A stretch of DNA of 64,000 nucleotides. It comes from a virus (Duplodnaviria; Caudoviricetes). The notes under the pieces were generated by a model that was given only the letters and a program-made list of their open reading frames with translations, was not told the DNA's origin and searched no databases. The translations under genes were made by a program, and so were the position numbers. Each line of letters starts with the position of its first letter. The first letter of the stretch is position 1. The stretch covers positions 32,001-96,000 of IMG/VR virus record IMGVR_UViG_3300021387_000796, one strand, 5' to 3'. Positions 38,939 to 48,232 of this stretch are shown here, piece after piece.

Positions 38939-39601
38939 ATGGTTGTTGATTATGATTTATTTGCTGAACTTGCTAAAGAATACGAATATCAATATAAAGT
39001 TGAAGATTTATATGGTGATATGATTGCTAATAAACTTTCAGAAGAATTTGGAATTTATATTGGATTCGATAATAAATATTTTACTTGTAGTTCTATCGGA
39101 TTTAAAGTTTATTTCAGAGATGTAAAAGACTTTAAACAGTTGCATGATATGATTGCAGATAAAATTGGTAATGGTGCGGATGACGCTAAACTGAATGATA
39201 AATTCCATTACTTTTTTAGTAATGTTTCGGTAGAATCAAAAATTGGTGAATTTCATAATTACGACCGTTATTCATTTAATTCCATGTCGTTCTTTGATTT
39301 GCTTTGGTATTTGAAAACAGACGAATTTATTCGTGACGGTTCAATTGGTCACAAACTTATGGATGTTGCACAAGATTACGCAGACAAATATCCAACAGAT
39401 AATGCAACATATTTCTATCCAAGAAGTGGATTGCAGTATCAGGTTCGTTATGGTGAATGGATTGATATGACAACCGTTGACCCTAAATTCAGTGGTTGGC
39501 AAATCAAGTTCTTCCAAAACGGTAAAGTACAGATGAAAGGTTTGTCTGTAGAAGATTGGGATAAAATTGTTCACCTTGATGAAATTTGTTCAAGAAAATA
39601 A
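38939..39601 (+). CDS. Hypothetical protein, paralog of 13729..14394
   Basis: See paralog; TAACTAT at 38903; AGGAG RBS. Confidence 0.6.
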   Translation: MVVDYDLFAELAKEYEYQYKVEDLYGDMIANKLSEEFGIYIGFDNKYFTCSSIGFKVYFRDVKDFKQLHDMIADKIGNGADDAKLNDKFHYFFSNVSVESKIGEFHNYDRYSFNSMSFFDLLWYLKTDEFIRDGSIGHKLMDVAQDYADKYPTDNATYFYPRSGLQYQVRYGEWIDMTTVDPKFSGWQIKFFQNGKVQMKGLSVEDWDKIVHLDEICSRK

Positions 39602-39726
39602 ATAGATGTGTGTTATTTTTCATATCGAAGTTGTATGTCATTTCGATATGAAAATGCTCGGATTTAAGTTCCAAGCATTTTTAATCCCCTAAGTTAATTC
39701 CTAGAGATATTTATTTTCTTTAGGGA

Positions 39727-40230
39727 TTAAATATTTATTTTCTTCAATTTACCGTTCATTCTATGATATACGTTTTGATTTGAACTACCTCGTAATTTCA
39801 AAGTTGTATCTCTTTTAGATTCATCATATAAGCCGTCAATAAAATAATCAATTTTACTCAATATATTTTTTATTCTTAAATCTTTCGATTTCTTTAATTC
39901 TTTGTATATAAATCCACTCCATAAATAAATTATAGTATTGGGAGATTTGTTTTTAATAAAATCAATTAAATCGGATACAATTTGTCTATTTTGTTCTAAT
40001 AAAGGTTCTCCACCCAAAATAGATAATCCCCTATTTATCTCATTTTTATGAAGTAATTCGAGAATAATTTCTTTATAATCTGAAGGTAATTCTTGTCCAC
40101 CATTTAAATCCCAAGTTTGAGGATTATGACAATGAGGACAATGAAACAAACAACCTTGACACCAAAACGACACATTGATTCCGCTGATGGAATCAACTAT
40201 GTCGTTTTCTATAATTCCTGCAAAACGCAT
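39727..40230 (-). CDS. nrdG: Anaerobic RNR activating enzyme
   Basis: QGCLFHCPHCHNP, LGGEP, IDGLY, LRGSSNQ; directly downstream of nrdD. Confidence 0.95.
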   Translation of the reverse strand: MRFAGIIENDIVDSISGINVSFWCQGCLFHCPHCHNPQTWDLNGGQELPSDYKEIILELLHKNEINRGLSILGGEPLLEQNRQIVSDLIDFIKNKSPNTIIYLWSGFIYKELKKSKDLRIKNILSKIDYFIDGLYDESKRDTTLKLRGSSNQNVYHRMNGKLKKINI

Positions 40231-41154
40231 TACTTTTTCACCCAATCGTTTAATTTATTTACATGAACGAATCTATCTTTAACTTCCATTTGCTTGCCTT
40301 TGTTAAAATGTTTGTAGTCTGTTGAAAGATAACCTGTTACACGAGCAAGATGCTCTATTTCGTTTTTATCTGCTCCACATTTAGGGCAAGGTTCTTCAAA
40401 TCCAATATTTTCATCACAACCGCATTTTTTGCAATGAGATAAAGGAAGATTCAATGCAAAATATGGTACATCTTTTTCTTTGGCATACAAAACAATATCT
40501 TCAAGAGCCTTCAAGTTGTTAGATGCGTTATCTCCAATTTCAACATATGTGATACAACCTGCTGATGAATAATTTGTCAATTGAGATTCAATATCAATTT
40601 TTTCAAAAGGAGAAACTTCCTTCCATACAGGAACATGAATAGAATTTGTGAAATATCCTCTAGGTTGAAGTTTTCCATTCTCATCTCTGTATGCAGTTAC
40701 ATTTTCAATGAGACCGTATTTTTTGACAAACTTATCGAATGAATTTTTTGACAATCCTTCTGCCGAAATTCTTTATATTTTCATATAAAGTCAGACTATA
40801 TTTTCATCTTTTATTTCTTTTACCAAAATAAAAGAGCCTCTCATTTCCAACATAAGTTGTACTCTACTCATTTATTCGCCTAAGTTTTTCTCTTAGGTTA
40901 TACTTTCGATAGTCGTTAGAGCCATCCATTTTTAGGACTTCCTACGGGGTTAGCCTGCTTATCAAGTTTAGCCTTTCTTATCAGATTATTACTCTTCGCC
41001 CGTTTAGAGAGGGATTTTCATTTACTGTCACCAGTAAAGCACCCACTTAAAATTTAGGTGTATAATAAACTCCAAAATTCAATCGATATGATTTCTTTTC
41101 CTTTAATTCCTCAAGTGCTTTTTCATACACCTCTTTTAATTTTTTTTCATCCAT
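40230..41154 (-). CDS. nrdD: NrdD C-terminal polypeptide (exon 1 41154-41056, exon 2 40763-40230; ~210 aa)
   Basis: AGGAGG-N7-ATG start; MDEKK...YRLNFGVYYTP^AEGLSK...YFTNSIH...CxxC..CPKC...RVTGYL (glycyl radical site). Confidence 0.85.
40764..41055 (-). mobile_element. ORF-less group I intron (IA2-like, 292 nt) in nrdD
   Basis: 5' exon ends ...CACCU pairing with GGGUG (U.G at the splice site); P2 TTTACTG-GTGA-CAGTAAA; P7 AACGACTA / ATATAGTCTG; terminal G. Removal restores the conserved YTP-AE motif in frame. Confidence 0.9.
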
Positions 41155-42007
41155 TTAATATCCTCCTGAAATTTTCTTTTATATTTTCTTTATTGTTATA
41201 CCAATCACTTTCTTTAACTCGAAAAAGATTTATACCTTTTTCTTTACAGATTTTATTTTTTAAATTATCTCTTCTTTTCATGTCAGGAAGAGAGTGCCAA
41301 TAATCCCCATCATATTCGATTGCGATTTTCAAATCGGGAATATAAATATCTAATTCTAATGGGAAAATTTGTTCTCTATCAGAATGAATAGAATTTTCTT
41401 TTAATTGTTTTATGAATAAATAAAGTTCATCCTCACCTTTCGATGTTTTATAATTTTTATTTACCAAAAATCCACAAGTCACATCATATTTTTCTATCAA
41501 AGTTTGTTTTCTTTTATTTATAACATCTATCAAAAACGCAGGATTTTCAACATTATATTTATCCAATAATGATTCTTTTATTTTATTCTTTCCGATTTCA
41601 GAACTAAAAATATTAGTAGAGCCATATTTTTCTAAACAAGTATTTTTCATCTTTTGTTGAATTTCCTCGCATTTGGCTGGATTATCAACTCCATATTTTT
41701 CTAAACAAGTTTGTTTTATTTTATTTCTTAAATCCTTATCATTTTGGGCGCATTTAGAACTACAATATTTTGCAAATTTTCGATGTTTTATTGTATTAAT
41801 TTCTTTTCCACAAATTTTACATTTTGGTTTTTCTGTCAAATCATTCAATAAACAAATTCCCATTTCTTTTAAAGAATAATGTTGAGGAAAATATTTTTTT
41901 AATTCCAAAAGCAAATTTAAATTTTTCTTATTATTTAATATCTTATGCCAACATCTAGGATTATCACAAATAATCTTTAAAATTTTATTTTTTATTTCGA
42001 CATCCAT
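41147..42007 (-). CDS. Free-standing homing endonuclease inserted within nrdD
   Basis: CxxC...C..C, KYGVDNP repeats, ELDIYIPDLKIAIEYDGDYWH; ATG 42007 after GGGAG. Confidence 0.8.
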   Translation of the reverse strand: MDVEIKNKILKIICDNPRCWHKILNNKKNLNLLLELKKYFPQHYSLKEMGICLLNDLTEKPKCKICGKEINTIKHRKFAKYCSSKCAQNDKDLRNKIKQTCLEKYGVDNPAKCEEIQQKMKNTCLEKYGSTNIFSSEIGKNKIKESLLDKYNVENPAFLIDVINKRKQTLIEKYDVTCGFLVNKNYKTSKGEDELYLFIKQLKENSIHSDREQIFPLELDIYIPDLKIAIEYDGDYWHSLPDMKRRDNLKNKICKEKGINLFRVKESDWYNNKENIKENFRRILNG

Positions 42008-42017
42008 AATCACTCCC

Positions 42018-44345
42018 TTAAAAACGATTTTGTTTTTTACAAAATTCGAAAATTTCTTCTTTGGAAAATTCAACATTTTCTTTTGTTAAATTTTCTATGA
42101 TTTTATCATAGATTTCTTCATTTGTGAATTTTGGACAATGCCATTCTTTTTTAAATTCAGCACATCTTTGCTTGAATAAAGATTCAATTTTTTTAGCAAG
42201 TTCCATTCCTTTATCAGTGCATTGGTCAGTTCCAATTAAAATCTGCAAAGTTTCAGCAAGACCTATCTGACCGATAGCCAAAGTTCCATGTTTCAATGCT
42301 GAACGAATGCCTTCATTTTCGTTATATCCATAGAATGTTCTGTTTTCATACATAAATGAAGCCGATTTAGGATTTTGAGAACAGATATAATTAAATCGTT
42401 CAATCAATTCATCTTTACAATCAGTTATAGCATCATCAAGATTTTTCATAAACAATTCAATTAATTTATCTTCATTAACTTCGTCTTTCATCTTCTTTTT
42501 TGATTCCATAGCAATTGTAGGCAAAACAATTGTAGCAGGTGCGATGTTTCCACGACCATCTTTGAGATGAGATAATTCTTCCGATTCGGCATTTATATCT
42601 GTACTACTATAAGTACGACAATTATGAGAAACAATTCCGCTTAAATCAAACATATCTGTTTCAGTAGTGAAATCATAAGTATTGCATTTTTCATCAGTTA
42701 CTTTTACTGAAATAATTTTATATCCATATCCGCTGACAGAATCATAAATTACATCACCTACTTTCAAATCAGTAGCAATAATTCTACCACGAGCGGTATG
42801 CAAAGGATGGTCTTCTGTGATATGAAGAATTTGATTTTCACCATTTTTATCAAATATAACTTCGTACAATTTTAATGGTGAAGATTCATCATTAAATTCG
42901 ATATTCAAAATATCAACCCATTTATTCTGACATTTAATCTGACAATTTTTTACTTGTTTATACTTTGTATATCCGATTTTATTAGATTTGTTGTTAATCC
43001 ATTCGATATTGGAAGTATAAGAATCTATTGTCTCAATTGCTTTTTTAATTGAAATGTTATTAAATTCCACACCGTTAATTTTGATTGATACAAATTCATC
43101 ACCACGAACTGCACCCATCGTACTAGGATAAGTTCTTGGGTCATCTTTATTATAACCTTGGTCGTTACTCCAATCACAGTTTACATAATTAGGATAAAGA
43201 CGTTTAGAAGTACACTCAATTGCTAACTTAAACAAATCATAATTAGGGTCATTTTCTTTAGCATTTACGCCATCCATTAATTGAAAAATTTGGCAAGGAA
43301 ATATCGAGGTGGCGTGATTACCAACACCATCAATAGTGCATTTCAAAATTTCTTTGATTAATAAGCGACCTTCTTCTAATGTACAAGTTCCGTAGTTTAT
43401 AGACGAAAACGGCAACTGGTTACCTGACCTGCTCTGCAATGAGTTTAAGTTGTGTAACAATCCTTCCACAGACTGATGAATTTCCTTTTTAATCATTTCA
43501 TAAGCATAATTTTGTACTTTTTTATTTTTATAAATTTTTCTATCTAATATTGAAATTGTTTCCACATTAGATAAAGTAATTGGTTTTTTATTTTTAATAA
43601 ATTTCAATCCTTCATTGTAATGCTTAAAAAATGATTTTCTAATATAAGGAATCATACTCCAATCAATATGCGTTACTGCAACACCACCAAACTGTTGTAA
43701 TGATTGCAATTGAATTGCAACGGCGACAAGTTGCATAGCGGTGGATAAACTATTCGCAGGTCTGATAAATACTTGTCTAGTTTTCATACCATTTTTAAGC
43801 AAATCGTCAATGGGTAGCGACAAGCAATTATGCATCCCTACAAAATATGAATCCAAATCGTGAATATAGATTCTATTATTATTATGATTTTTTGCAAACT
43901 TTGGAGAAATCAAATAATTTAATGCAAGTTCTTTCATTAAAACCGAATCGGCTTCACCTTTTCTTCCACCAAATGAAAATTCGTCTACATTTGCGTTCTG
44001 ATTTACTACATTTGTTGCATTTAATTTTTCAAAGATTTTTTTAGTGATATCAAGATTCTTAAATCTTTCAAGTTCACGACTTTTTCTATAATCGATGTAT
44101 GATTTTGCCACATCTTTATTTTCTTTCTTCAAATATTTTTCTACAAGGTCATGAATATCATCAACTTCAATTTCTTCTTTTCCTTCACTTTCGAGAGAAG
44201 ATTTTACAAAAGAAACTGTATTTTTAAGTTGTTCATCCGTAATTTTATTATCAGTTTTCATATTGTCGGATGCGAGTTTGATGGCATCCACAATTTTTGA
44301 TTCATTAAAATTTACTAATCTGCCGTCTCTTTTTCTTACTTTCAT
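42018..44345 (-). CDS. nrdD: NrdD N-terminal polypeptide (ATP cone + catalytic barrel), intein-containing
   Basis: VRKRDG ATP cone, QNANVD, IYIHDLD, HNC, RSGNQLPFSSINYG, IFPC, MG[intein]CRT, GRGN. Confidence 0.92.
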   Translation of the reverse strand: MKVRKRDGRLVNFNESKIVDAIKLASDNMKTDNKITDEQLKNTVSFVKSSLESEGKEEIEVDDIHDLVEKYLKKENKDVAKSYIDYRKSRELERFKNLDITKKIFEKLNATNVVNQNANVDEFSFGGRKGEADSVLMKELALNYLISPKFAKNHNNNRIYIHDLDSYFVGMHNCLSLPIDDLLKNGMKTRQVFIRPANSLSTAMQLVAVAIQLQSLQQFGGVAVTHIDWSMIPYIRKSFFKHYNEGLKFIKNKKPITLSNVETISILDRKIYKNKKVQNYAYEMIKKEIHQSVEGLLHNLNSLQSRSGNQLPFSSINYGTCTLEEGRLLIKEILKCTIDGVGNHATSIFPCQIFQLMDGVNAKENDPNYDLFKLAIECTSKRLYPNYVNCDWSNDQGYNKDDPRTYPSTMGAVRGDEFVSIKINGVEFNNISIKKAIETIDSYTSNIEWINNKSNKIGYTKYKQVKNCQIKCQNKWVDILNIEFNDESSPLKLYEVIFDKNGENQILHITEDHPLHTARGRIIATDLKVGDVIYDSVSGYGYKIISVKVTDEKCNTYDFTTETDMFDLSGIVSHNCRTYSSTDINAESEELSHLKDGRGNIAPATIVLPTIAMESKKKMKDEVNEDKLIELFMKNLDDAITDCKDELIERFNYICSQNPKSASFMYENRTFYGYNENEGIRSALKHGTLAIGQIGLAETLQILIGTDQCTDKGMELAKKIESLFKQRCAEFKKEWHCPKFTNEEIYDKIIENLTKENVEFSKEEIFEFCKKQNRF
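42621..43112 (-). mobile_element. Mini-intein (164 aa) at the MG/CR active-site Cys, beginning with Ala
   Basis: STMG|AVRGDEFV...HITEDHPL (block B TxxH)...TYDFTT...IVSHN|CRT; no endonuclease domain. Confidence 0.88.
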
Positions 44346-44365
44346 ATAGCATTACCTCTTTTAAT

Positions 44366-44456
44366 ATATATATTTAGTGTTGAATTAAAGATAGTTACAC
44401 TTTAAGCCACAATATTTAGTGGTTTAAAGTGTAATACATTTGAGAATATTTTTCAA
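44366..44456 (-). promoter_or_regulatory. nrdD promoter (TTGAAA-N17-TACACT) with tandem NrdR-like boxes
   Basis: CACAATATTTAGTG (44408-44421) and ATATATATTTAGTG (44366-44379), 42 bp apart; -35 at 44456-44451, -10 at 44433-44428. Confidence 0.7.
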
Positions 44457-44511
44457 TATTTTTTTATAAAATCAGTAAGAATAATTCCATCCCTTTAGAG
44501 CGGTGTGTAGT

Positions 44512-47370
44512 TTACAAATATAATGTATGACTTGTTACTGAAGATTTTTTATTATAATTATCAGCCAATAGTTTTGGAGTAACAAGTCTTGAACTAGTGG
44601 ATGTTCCAGCGGTGATTTCTGCTTGTGTTATCGTAGAATATGTGGTATTAGAATCATAGTTTAACCATATATAATATGTACCATCATAAGTAATTTCGCA
44701 TAACCTATTTGCTCTAAATTCTCCACTGTAAGCATATGTCATTTGTGTATAATTTTTATTATATAAATTAATGTCACCTGTTCCATTTATATTTAAAGAA
44801 ATATTTCCTGATGTTGGAGCGGAACCTGCGGTATCGGTGAATTTAACAATGATTTTACAACCTATTTCAAGTTCAAATGTAGGACAAGTTACTACTTTTG
44901 CATTTGTGGCTCTTGATGTAGAACAAGTTCCATAATATAAAGATGTTTGCTCAACTAAATTTGTTGTTTTTTCAATTAAATCTGTTGTTTTCTCTGACAG
45001 TTCAGTAATTCCTTTAAATGCAGAACCTAAATCATTCAAACTATTAAATGTTGAATATTTTATACCATCACTATTACTACTAACAGTACCAATTACCCAA
45101 ATTCCATTTGCATAATAAGGGGTGGAGTAACCAGCACTAGTTATGTTTGAATCACTCCATGTTTTTCCATCTGTTGAATATTTTACACCATTGCTATAAA
45201 CGCTAGTAATTACCCAAATTCCATTTGCGTAACAAGGCTTTTTGTAACCACCGCTAGTTATGTTTGAATCACTCCATGTTTTTCCATCTGTTGAATATTT
45301 TATACCACCACCACTAGTGCTACCAATTACCCAAATTCCATTTGCGTAATAAGGAGCATTATAACCACCGCTAGTTATGTTTGAATCACTCCATGTTTTT
45401 CCATCTGTTGAATATTTTATACCAGTGCCACCAATTACCCAAATTCCATTTGCGTAACAAGGCTTTTTGTAACCACCGCTAGTTATGTTTGAATCACTCC
45501 ATGTTTTTCCATCTGTTGAATATTTTATACCAGTAGTAGCAGTGCCACTAGCACCATCACTACCTATTACCCAAATTCCATTTGCGTAATAAGGGGTATC
45601 GTAACCATTGATAGTTATGTTTGAATTATACCAAGTTGTTCCATTGGTCGAATATTTTATACCATTAGCAATACCACCAATTACCCAAATTCCATTCGCA
45701 TAATGAGGAGTGTTGTACATAAGACTGCTCATGCTTGAACTAGTCCACCAAGTTTTTCCATCGGTTGAATATCTTATACCTGCACCTGAACCTTCATTGG
45801 TAGTAACACTTATTATCCAAATTCCGTTTGCGTAATAAGGGTCACTATAAGCAAAATAACCTGACAGTGAATTATACCAAGTTTTTCCATCAGTAGAATA
45901 TTTTATACCAGTAATACCACTAGCATTATTGATGATGGCAATTACCCAAATTCCATCCGCATAATAAGGAGCGGTATATTTACCGCTAGTTGTGTTTGAA
46001 TCATGCCAAACCATTCCCAATTCATCATCGGTCAATCCTAGATTGGCTTTTGTGATATTTACATCTCCATGCCTATAGGTCGTTTCCGCTTCACCTTTGA
46101 CACCTGTAACATCCCCACTGCCACTACTAATAAATTCATCGTATTGTGCAACTTTTTCGGAAGTTATTCCACTGTTAATCGCATATAATTGTTCAGAGGT
46201 AAAAGGTTCTTCGTTTACTTGATATTCTGCAATCCAACCGTTTTTCCCATCAGTTTCCCAATCACCTGTATATTTAAATCTCCAAGTTCCACTTAATGTT
46301 TCTAATGTATAATCAGAAGCGTCTTGTACAACCAAATAATCGTTTACTGTTGGAGTTGTGTTACCTGAATAATCTTGAGGATAATCTTCTGAGTTTGAAG
46401 GTACATCTGCCCAATCATCCCAATTTCCTCTAAAATTAGCGGTGTTTGTTTGGACTGTAGAATTTACGAATGATTTATCCGCTAATTGATTCGATGATGA
46501 TGCTTGATTTGGAATTAAATCATCAATCGAATCTATCCTATTTGACAAATTAGTATCAAAAAGATTTCTGTTATAAATTTCATTGTTCAAATTGATTTCA
46601 AATAACTCATCTTGCTCAGTTCTTTCTTGAATTTCAGAATTCAAATTTTCACGCAATAAATCGTCTGCTTCTGTTCTAGTTTGAGTTTCGGTGTTTATTT
46701 TTTCTAATAAAGTATTATCTCCATCGATTCTATTTTGTGTTTCTGTTTCTAAATCATCGATGACAACATCTAATTGATTAAGATTTGTTCCATTAGTGTT
46801 TGTATCAGATGTTTTGGAATGGGTTATTATTCCTTCCCACAAATCGGTTTCTTTATTATGAAGTAATTGGTTGTTGATATTTACATCGTGAGTCTCGTCT
46901 GTGGATGTATTTGCACCTAAAGCAATCCCCCCTTGTTCCGCATTTGAGTTTTTACCAATCGGTATGTTTTCTTCATCTTGAAAGGCTAGTTTTGCTTTTC
47001 CAACATATGAATCTGAATAATCTTCTTGAGTCGATGTATTGATTAATTTGGCATAACCAACATCATTATACAATTGAGAAAGTTTTGTAGGAACATCTAT
47101 ACTTATGTTTTTTTCACTATCAGGATAAAATTTTTGTCCACCATTAATAGATATTGTTTCTACTTTATTTTCTTGAGCATTTACTTCAACAGAATTTAAT
47201 TTGAGTTTGTCCGAATCAGTAAAATCGTTAGAACTTAATCCTTTTCCTTTTTCTTTGAGAACATATTTACTCAACAATATTGATATTTGACCATATCCGT
47301 ACAAATCAACATTTCCTTCTGAATTAGTTTTATCGAATTCTACAGTTTGTATTTCCCAATGATTATTCAT
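44512..47370 (-). CDS. Fibre/receptor-binding protein with coiled-coil stalk and 8 Asp-box-like (YSTDGKTW) propeller repeats
   Basis: GKGLSSNDFTD, E..R coiled-coil repeats, VTGVKGEAETTYRHGDVNIT fibre motif, tandem PYYANGIWVIG...GIKYSTDGKTW repeats. Confidence 0.75.
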   Translation of the reverse strand: MNNHWEIQTVEFDKTNSEGNVDLYGYGQISILLSKYVLKEKGKGLSSNDFTDSDKLKLNSVEVNAQENKVETISINGGQKFYPDSEKNISIDVPTKLSQLYNDVGYAKLINTSTQEDYSDSYVGKAKLAFQDEENIPIGKNSNAEQGGIALGANTSTDETHDVNINNQLLHNKETDLWEGIITHSKTSDTNTNGTNLNQLDVVIDDLETETQNRIDGDNTLLEKINTETQTRTEADDLLRENLNSEIQERTEQDELFEINLNNEIYNRNLFDTNLSNRIDSIDDLIPNQASSSNQLADKSFVNSTVQTNTANFRGNWDDWADVPSNSEDYPQDYSGNTTPTVNDYLVVQDASDYTLETLSGTWRFKYTGDWETDGKNGWIAEYQVNEEPFTSEQLYAINSGITSEKVAQYDEFISSGSGDVTGVKGEAETTYRHGDVNITKANLGLTDDELGMVWHDSNTTSGKYTAPYYADGIWVIAIINNASGITGIKYSTDGKTWYNSLSGYFAYSDPYYANGIWIISVTTNEGSGAGIRYSTDGKTWWTSSSMSSLMYNTPHYANGIWVIGGIANGIKYSTNGTTWYNSNITINGYDTPYYANGIWVIGSDGASGTATTGIKYSTDGKTWSDSNITSGGYKKPCYANGIWVIGGTGIKYSTDGKTWSDSNITSGGYNAPYYANGIWVIGSTSGGGIKYSTDGKTWSDSNITSGGYKKPCYANGIWVITSVYSNGVKYSTDGKTWSDSNITSAGYSTPYYANGIWVIGTVSSNSDGIKYSTFNSLNDLGSAFKGITELSEKTTDLIEKTTNLVEQTSLYYGTCSTSRATNAKVVTCPTFELEIGCKIIVKFTDTAGSAPTSGNISLNINGTGDINLYNKNYTQMTYAYSGEFRANRLCEITYDGTYYIWLNYDSNTTYSTITQAEITAGTSTSSRLVTPKLLADNYNKKSSVTSHTLYL
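45045..46010 (-). repeat. Eight tandem ~110-135 bp coding repeats
   Basis: Near-identical GAATCACTCCATGTTTTTCCATCTGTTGAATATTTTA and ATTACCCAAATTCCATTTGCGTAA blocks separated by variable segments. Confidence 0.9.
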
Positions 47371-47490
47371 ATAATTAAAACCTCATTATCATAGTTATTA
47401 AAATAGTTATTCTCTCTCAATAATAATTTTTTCTTGACAATGTTTTTAATATTATATATAATTTGTTATAATTAAAAAAGGAGTTAATAA

Positions 47491-48171
47491 ATGATATACG
47501 GCTACATTCGAGTTTCTACAGAGGAACAAAATCTTGAAAATCAAAAGAAGGCTATTTTAGAACGATATAAAGTTCGAAAATGGATTGAAGAAAAGAAAAG
47601 TGGAACAATTGATTATCATAAACGAAATTTAGGTAATTTGATAAATCAATTGAAAGAAAATGATGTTTTGGTCGTTACTGAAATTTCAAGATTAGGTCGA
47701 AGTCTGAATATGATATTCAATATAATATCAGAATTAAAAAATAAAGGTGTTAGAGTAATAGCAATTAAAAATAATTTTGATTTGAATCCACAAAAGAAAA
47801 ACGATATAACATCTCAAGTCTTGATGTTTGCCTTTGGTTTATCAGCACAAATTGAGCGAGATTTAATTTCTGAAAGAACAAAACAAGGTTTAGCAGTAGC
47901 AAAATCTAAAGGTAAAAGAATAGGAAGACAAGTTGGTGAAAAAATATATAATGTAAAATTAAGAAGGTATGAAAAACAAATAATGCGAGATTATAAAAAT
48001 AATAAAAGTATAAATTCTATAGCGACAAAATACAATGTGAATTGGATAACGGTAAAAAGATTCATTGATGTATATTCAAAGATGGAAAAACCTGCTCCAC
48101 TTACAGAAAAACCAAAGAAACATGGACATCCTACATATGCTGAATTAGAATACTTTAGGACACATCCATAA
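47491..48171 (+). CDS. Serine recombinase (resolvase/invertase, Mpi-like)
   Basis: MIYGYIRVST..Q..ENQ, EISRLGRS, FAFGLSAQIERDLISERTK, C-terminal HTH; consensus promoter TTGACA-N17-TATAAT at 47434-47462. Confidence 0.9.
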   Translation: MIYGYIRVSTEEQNLENQKKAILERYKVRKWIEEKKSGTIDYHKRNLGNLINQLKENDVLVVTEISRLGRSLNMIFNIISELKNKGVRVIAIKNNFDLNPQKKNDITSQVLMFAFGLSAQIERDLISERTKQGLAVAKSKGKRIGRQVGEKIYNVKLRRYEKQIMRDYKNNKSINSIATKYNVNWITVKRFIDVYSKMEKPAPLTEKPKKHGHPTYAELEYFRTHP

Positions 48172-48232
48172 GTTAAACTATCAAGGAATATTAAAAAATA
48201 ACTATTTTATTGAATAAAATAGGAGAATGTGT

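Noticed and set aside
39617-39730. Three consecutive hairpins between convergent genes
   Set aside because: Adequately explained as terminators for nrdG and 38939..39601; no promoter or loop complementarity found.
42018-42150. Second self-splicing intron or split intein explaining the nrdD break
   Set aside because: No P1/P7 motifs or intein blocks were seen at this junction, and the downstream part has its own strong SD and ATG.
45045-46010. Constant-repeat/variable-spacer pattern resembling a CRISPR array
   Set aside because: It lies in one open frame, variable lengths are multiples of 3, there are two alternating constant blocks, and no cas genes are present.
47491-48171. IS607 transposase
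   Set aside because: The HTH is C-terminal rather than N-terminal and there is no adjacent tnpB; this fits a resolvase/invertase.
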